Source of the DNA: Pseudodesulfovibrio piezophilus C1TLV30
GTDB lineage: Bacteria; Desulfobacterota; Desulfovibrionia; Desulfovibrionales; Desulfovibrionaceae
Assembly (NCBI RefSeq): GCF_000341895.1
Contig: NC_020409.1
Coordinates: 870,001 to 902,000 of the forward strand
Reading direction: 5' to 3'
DNA: 32,000 bases
Shown here: in pieces, positions 29,686 through 32,000 of the stretch
How positions within the stretch are numbered: position 1 is the first letter of the stretch
Layout: every line of letters starts with the position of its first letter
The notes under the pieces: model-generated
Database searches by the model: none
Seen by the model: the letters and a program-made list of their open reading frames with translations, nothing else
What the model was told of the DNA's origin: nothing
Translations under genes and position numbers: made by a program

Positions 29686-29733
29686 TTCTGTGAGTTGGCC
29701 AGGACCTAATTCTGTGAGTTGGCCAGGACCTAA
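29686..29733. repeat. Perfect 24-bp x 2 tandem direct repeat (TTCTGTGAGTTGGCCAGGACCTAA)
   Basis: Read directly: the copies are 29686-29709 and 29710-29733, with no mismatch. It spans the stop codon of the Cys-rich ORF (29730-29732). It lies 79-126 nt upstream of the ubiD ATG. Confidence 0.95.
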
Positions 29734-30017
29734 TATTTATGATGAACTCTTTCGAAAGATTGCCAGACACAATCGTAGTGAAGAGATTCATGCCCACCGT
29801 ACAAAGGCCGCATATCGTACTTCAACGGCTTCATGTATCGGAATTTTTTACTCCGGCAGGTATGACAATAGACTTCCGGATAGACACAGACAAGGCAATA
29901 CGGCCTGAAATCATCACAGGTCTGCGCATTCCAGGGACGTTTTAGACCCAGTATGCATTTTTTCCTGAGAAAGACACACTCAAGACAATTATTTGTTATT
30001 GTTGAAACTTTACGCAT
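29730..30017 (-). CDS. Small Cys-rich protein (95 aa), putative metal-binding
   Basis: GGAGG lies 7 nt upstream of the ATG. Nine Cys are present, including three CxxC pairs (CLEC, CLVC, CHTC) in the pattern CxxC-x6-C-x12-C-x6-CxxC-x6-CxxC. The overlapping plus-strand ORFs lack an RBS. Confidence 0.55.
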   Translation of the reverse strand: MRKVSTITNNCLECVFLRKKCILGLKRPWNAQTCDDFRPYCLVCVYPEVYCHTCRSKKFRYMKPLKYDMRPLYGGHESLHYDCVWQSFERVHHKY

Positions 30018-30056
30018 TTAAAAACCTCCAAAAACACATATTTTCTCAGTCTGAAA

Positions 30057-30072
30057 TGCAAGCATAGTTCCC
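30057..30072 (-). promoter_or_regulatory. Sigma54-type (-24/-12) promoter candidate for the Cys-rich ORF (and possibly ubiD)
   Basis: The minus strand reads gGGaACtatgcTTGCA, against the consensus TGGCACG-N4-TTGCW. GG and GC have the correct spacing and the -12 element is perfect. The predicted TSS is about 30 nt upstream of the ATG. Confidence 0.4.
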
Positions 30073-30243
30073 ACTTTTCTGAAATTATAATCTCCTTCCC
30101 AAGATTTTCTACACCAAGAGCGATAAACCCTATTTCATTTTCAAAGAATGAAAAACACCTGACAATTTATCCTCACTGCACTTTTCCAAAGTGGAGAGTT
30201 GTGATAATTCAAAAGTATATTGATCACTAGTCGCGGAGGAAAA

Positions 30244-30669
30244 ATGCCCTTAATGCAATGGGATGAATCAATGTCAGTCCATGTTGATGCGCTTGATGTC
30301 CAACATCAACAACTCATATCCTTGATCAATGAGGCCTACGATGCGTTGCAAAGACACGATGAACACCACATGACAACGCTCATTTCGAAAATGACTGACT
30401 ATGCCCACATGCATTTCGCCGTCGAAGAAAATTTACTGAAAAAACACGGATATCAGGATCTGGAGGGACATCGGTTCCAACACTCCCAGTTCATCCAGGA
30501 TGTGACCAATTTCAGGAAATCACAATTTGATAGGACCAACCTGTCCCAAATTTTTGTCTACCTCAGCCGTTGGCTCAAGGCTCATATATTAGAAGAGGAC
30601 AGGAAGTACATTCCCTACATGCCTCAACCTAAAACAGAATCAGAGATCGGGGACGACGACAGCGAGTAA
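30244..30669 (+). CDS. Bacteriohemerythrin (single-domain)
   Basis: The start is chosen at the ATG at 30244, after GGAGG at 30235-30239. The sequence reads MPLMQWDESMSVHVDALDVQHQQLISL...HFAVEENLL...HRFQHSQF...WLKAHILEEDRKY. This gives the H/HxxxE/H/HxxxH/D di-iron ligand pattern. Confidence 0.88.
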   Translation: MPLMQWDESMSVHVDALDVQHQQLISLINEAYDALQRHDEHHMTTLISKMTDYAHMHFAVEENLLKKHGYQDLEGHRFQHSQFIQDVTNFRKSQFDRTNLSQIFVYLSRWLKAHILEEDRKYIPYMPQPKTESEIGDDDSE

Positions 30670-30700
30670 GAAAGGAAAACACTCTTCACATCAGGACGAA

Positions 30701-30747
30701 AGATGAAAAGGTCTGTCGCATGCATGATGCGACAGACCTTTTCATCT
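30701..30747. terminator. Very long perfect hairpin between the hemerythrin gene and tRNA-Arg
   Basis: Positions 30701-30721 are the exact reverse complement of 30727-30747, giving a 21-bp stem and a 5-nt loop (gcatg). On the plus strand it is followed by ttcatcttctt. It sits at the 3' ends of both convergent genes. Confidence 0.7.
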
Positions 30748-30751
30748 TCTT

Positions 30752-30828
30752 TGGCGAGCCACGCAGGATTCGAACCTGCGACCTTCAGCTCCGGAGGCTG
30801 ACACTCTATCCAGCTGAGCTAGTGGCCC
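30752..30828 (-). tRNA. tRNA-Arg (anticodon CCG)
   Basis: I folded a 77-nt cloverleaf by hand. The acceptor stem is GGGCCAC/GTGGCTC, the D stem GCTC/GAGT, and the anticodon stem TCAGC/GCTGA with loop CTCCGGA. The T arm is GCAGG-TTCGAAT-CCTGC. The discriminator is G and CCA is encoded. Confidence 0.9.
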
Positions 30829-30839
30829 GCGAACGCAAG

Positions 30840-30868
30840 TAGCTATCCTTCGCCTACTCCTTTGTCAA
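30840..30868 (-). promoter_or_regulatory. Candidate sigma70 promoter for tRNA-Arg
   Basis: On the minus strand there is a perfect -35 TTGACA, a 17-nt spacer and a weak -10 TAGCTA, ending 11 nt before the mature 5' end. The -10 match is poor. Confidence 0.3.
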
Positions 30869-30934
30869 GACTACATCATTCCTGAAACAAAAGAAATATG
30901 ACAACAGTGACAAAAGGCAGGCGTATGATTTCAC

Positions 30935-30964
30935 TTGCAAAAATGTCTATAAAAAGTCTATAAG
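30935..30964 (+). promoter_or_regulatory. Candidate sigma70 promoter for ubiX
   Basis: The -35 is TTGCAA, the spacer is 18 nt, and the -10 is TATAAG. The spacer and -10 contain an 8-bp direct repeat, GTCTATAA, at 11-bp period. Confidence 0.35.
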
Positions 30965-31041
30965 ATCACGAGTATGATGATTCCGGGCTACCCCTTTCCT
31001 GTCTGTGCGCAAGCGGAATTACCCGGACAACCGGGGGGATT

Positions 31042-31608
31042 ATGACAAAAAAACGAATCATTCTGGGAGTTACTGGAGCTAGTGGCAGTCTCTATGCTGC
31101 GACTCTTGTTCAAGCTCTCAGCGCCTGTGAGGACGTCGATTTGCACGTCATCATATCCGATGCTGCGCGAGAAGTCCTGCGGCTTGAAACAGATTTGTCA
31201 CTCAATGATCTCGTTCCCCCCTCCTGTACCGAATACAATATCAAAGACATTGCAGCCCCTCCAGCCAGTGGCTCATGGCGACACCACGGCATGATTCTCT
31301 GCCCCTGTTCCATGGCAAGTCTTTCTGCTGTGGCTACCGGACTGGGCACCAACCTCATTCATCGAGCTGCTGACGTCACTCTCAAGGAGCGGAAAAGACT
31401 CATTATTGTCCCCCGAGAGGCTCCCTACAACACCATCCACTTGAAAAACATGCTCGCTGCGGATCAAGCAGGAGCCATCATCATTCCGGCAAGCCCCGGA
31501 TTTTATCACCGACCGAAAACCATTGAGGATCTTGCAAATCACCTGGCAGGCAAGATTCTCGATCAACTGGATATCTCCCACACCCTCTACAAGAGATGGG
31601 GAAACTAG
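31042..31608 (+). CDS. ubiX: Flavin prenyltransferase UbiX (prenyl-FMN synthase)
   Basis: RIILGVTGASGSLYA occurs at the N-terminus. PCSMASLSAVATG and the VPRE motif are present. The length of 188 aa is typical. Confidence 0.92.
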   Translation: MTKKRIILGVTGASGSLYAATLVQALSACEDVDLHVIISDAAREVLRLETDLSLNDLVPPSCTEYNIKDIAAPPASGSWRHHGMILCPCSMASLSAVATGLGTNLIHRAADVTLKERKRLIIVPREAPYNTIHLKNMLAADQAGAIIIPASPGFYHRPKTIEDLANHLAGKILDQLDISHTLYKRWGN

Positions 31609-31614
31609 GAGGCG

Positions 31615-32000
31615 ATGCAAATGGAAATAACTTGGTTCGGACATGCAAATTTCAGAATAGAAACCGAGGCGGCTTCTGTACTTATTGACCCTTTCTTTGT
31701 CGGAAATCCCAGTTCTCCAGCGACTTACAAGGAAATCGAACGGGGTGATATCATTCTGGTGACCCATGACCATACCGATCACATCGGCCAAACCCTTGAG
31801 CTTGCTATCAGACTTGATGCCGAAGTCGTTGCCATGCCTGAAATCATTCAAAGCCTGATTGGCATGGGACTACCGGAAAGCCTCGGAGTGGGCATGAACA
31901 TAGGGGGAACGGTTGAGCGGCTGGGTATATCGATCAAGATGGTGCAGGCTCTGCATTCATCTATCAACGGGATGCCTGCGGGATTTATCCTCACCATGCC
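31615..32000 (+). CDS. 5' part of a UPF0173/MBL-fold metal-dependent hydrolase (runs off the window)
   Basis: The ATG at 31615 follows AGGAGG. My own translation is MQMEITWFGHANFRIETEAASVLIDPFF...ILVTHDHTDHIG..., which carries the HxHxDH metallo-beta-lactamase motif. It is absent from the track because there is no in-window stop. Confidence 0.8.
   Translation, partial: MQMEITWFGHANFRIETEAASVLIDPFFVGNPSSPATYKEIERGDIILVTHDHTDHIGQTLELAIRLDAEVVAMPEIIQSLIGMGLPESLGVGMNIGGTVERLGISIKMVQALHSSINGMPAGFILTM

Noticed and set aside
29660-29908. Plus-strand 82-aa ORF translating the tandem repeat as SVSWPGPN-SVSWPGPN, and the plus-strand 68-aa ORF at 29739..29945.
   Set aside because: Their SD placement is poor or absent. 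They overlap the minus-strand Cys-rich ORF, which has a strong GGAGG RBS. I keep the repeat as a DNA/RNA feature rather than a peptide repeat.
29600-31041. tRNA-Arg-linked genomic islet. The segment is AT-richer and holds the small ORFs and the hemerythrin.
   Set aside because: There is no integrase and no direct repeat of the tRNA 3' end. The AT-richness is largely explained by long intergenic spacers. I did not compute composition quantitatively.
1-32000. Looked for a CRISPR array, transposase or IS ends, integrase, phage genes, toxin-antitoxin pairs, and defence-system hallmarks (nucleases, helicase/methylase clusters, reverse transcriptase, TIR/SIR2, cyclases other than cdaA).
   Set aside because: None found. 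All large ORFs have housekeeping assignments. The only repeats are the 24-bp x2 duplication and short palindromes. I therefore do not claim a novel defence or mobile system.

Overview
This window reads as a core-genome segment of a Gram-negative anaerobe. Gene content and order recall Desulfovibrionaceae-type sulfate reducers, but that is inference only. From 349 to 25451 every convincing gene is on the minus strand. In transcription order these are: a large NAD-glutamate dehydrogenase, tpx, an ArsR-regulated PF03773-type metal/metalloid permease, a NitT/TauT-type ABC transporter fused to phoH-ybeY, argF-argG-argH, and a tightly packed ftsH-folP-cdaA-cdaR-glmM-galU-(exported protein)-priA-skp-(3xSH3b protein) string. 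The strand switches at 25452-25672. After that come a translationally coupled cheV + stand-alone HPt pair, an orphan 169-aa protein, a long-form UbiD decarboxylase preceded by a small Cys-rich ORF, a bacteriohemerythrin, tRNA-Arg(CCG), ubiX and the start of a UPF0173/MBL-fold hydrolase. I see no CRISPR array, transposase, integrase, phage gene or recognisable defence or toxin module. I cannot honestly claim a clearly novel system. The least-explained part is 27.0-31.6 kb. It holds the Cys-rich ORF with a sigma54-like promoter, a perfect 24-bp x2 tandem repeat, UbiD, the orphan protein, the hemerythrin and UbiX. The orphan CheV-HPt pair is the next least explained. All functional calls come from reading motifs in the supplied translations; no searches were run.
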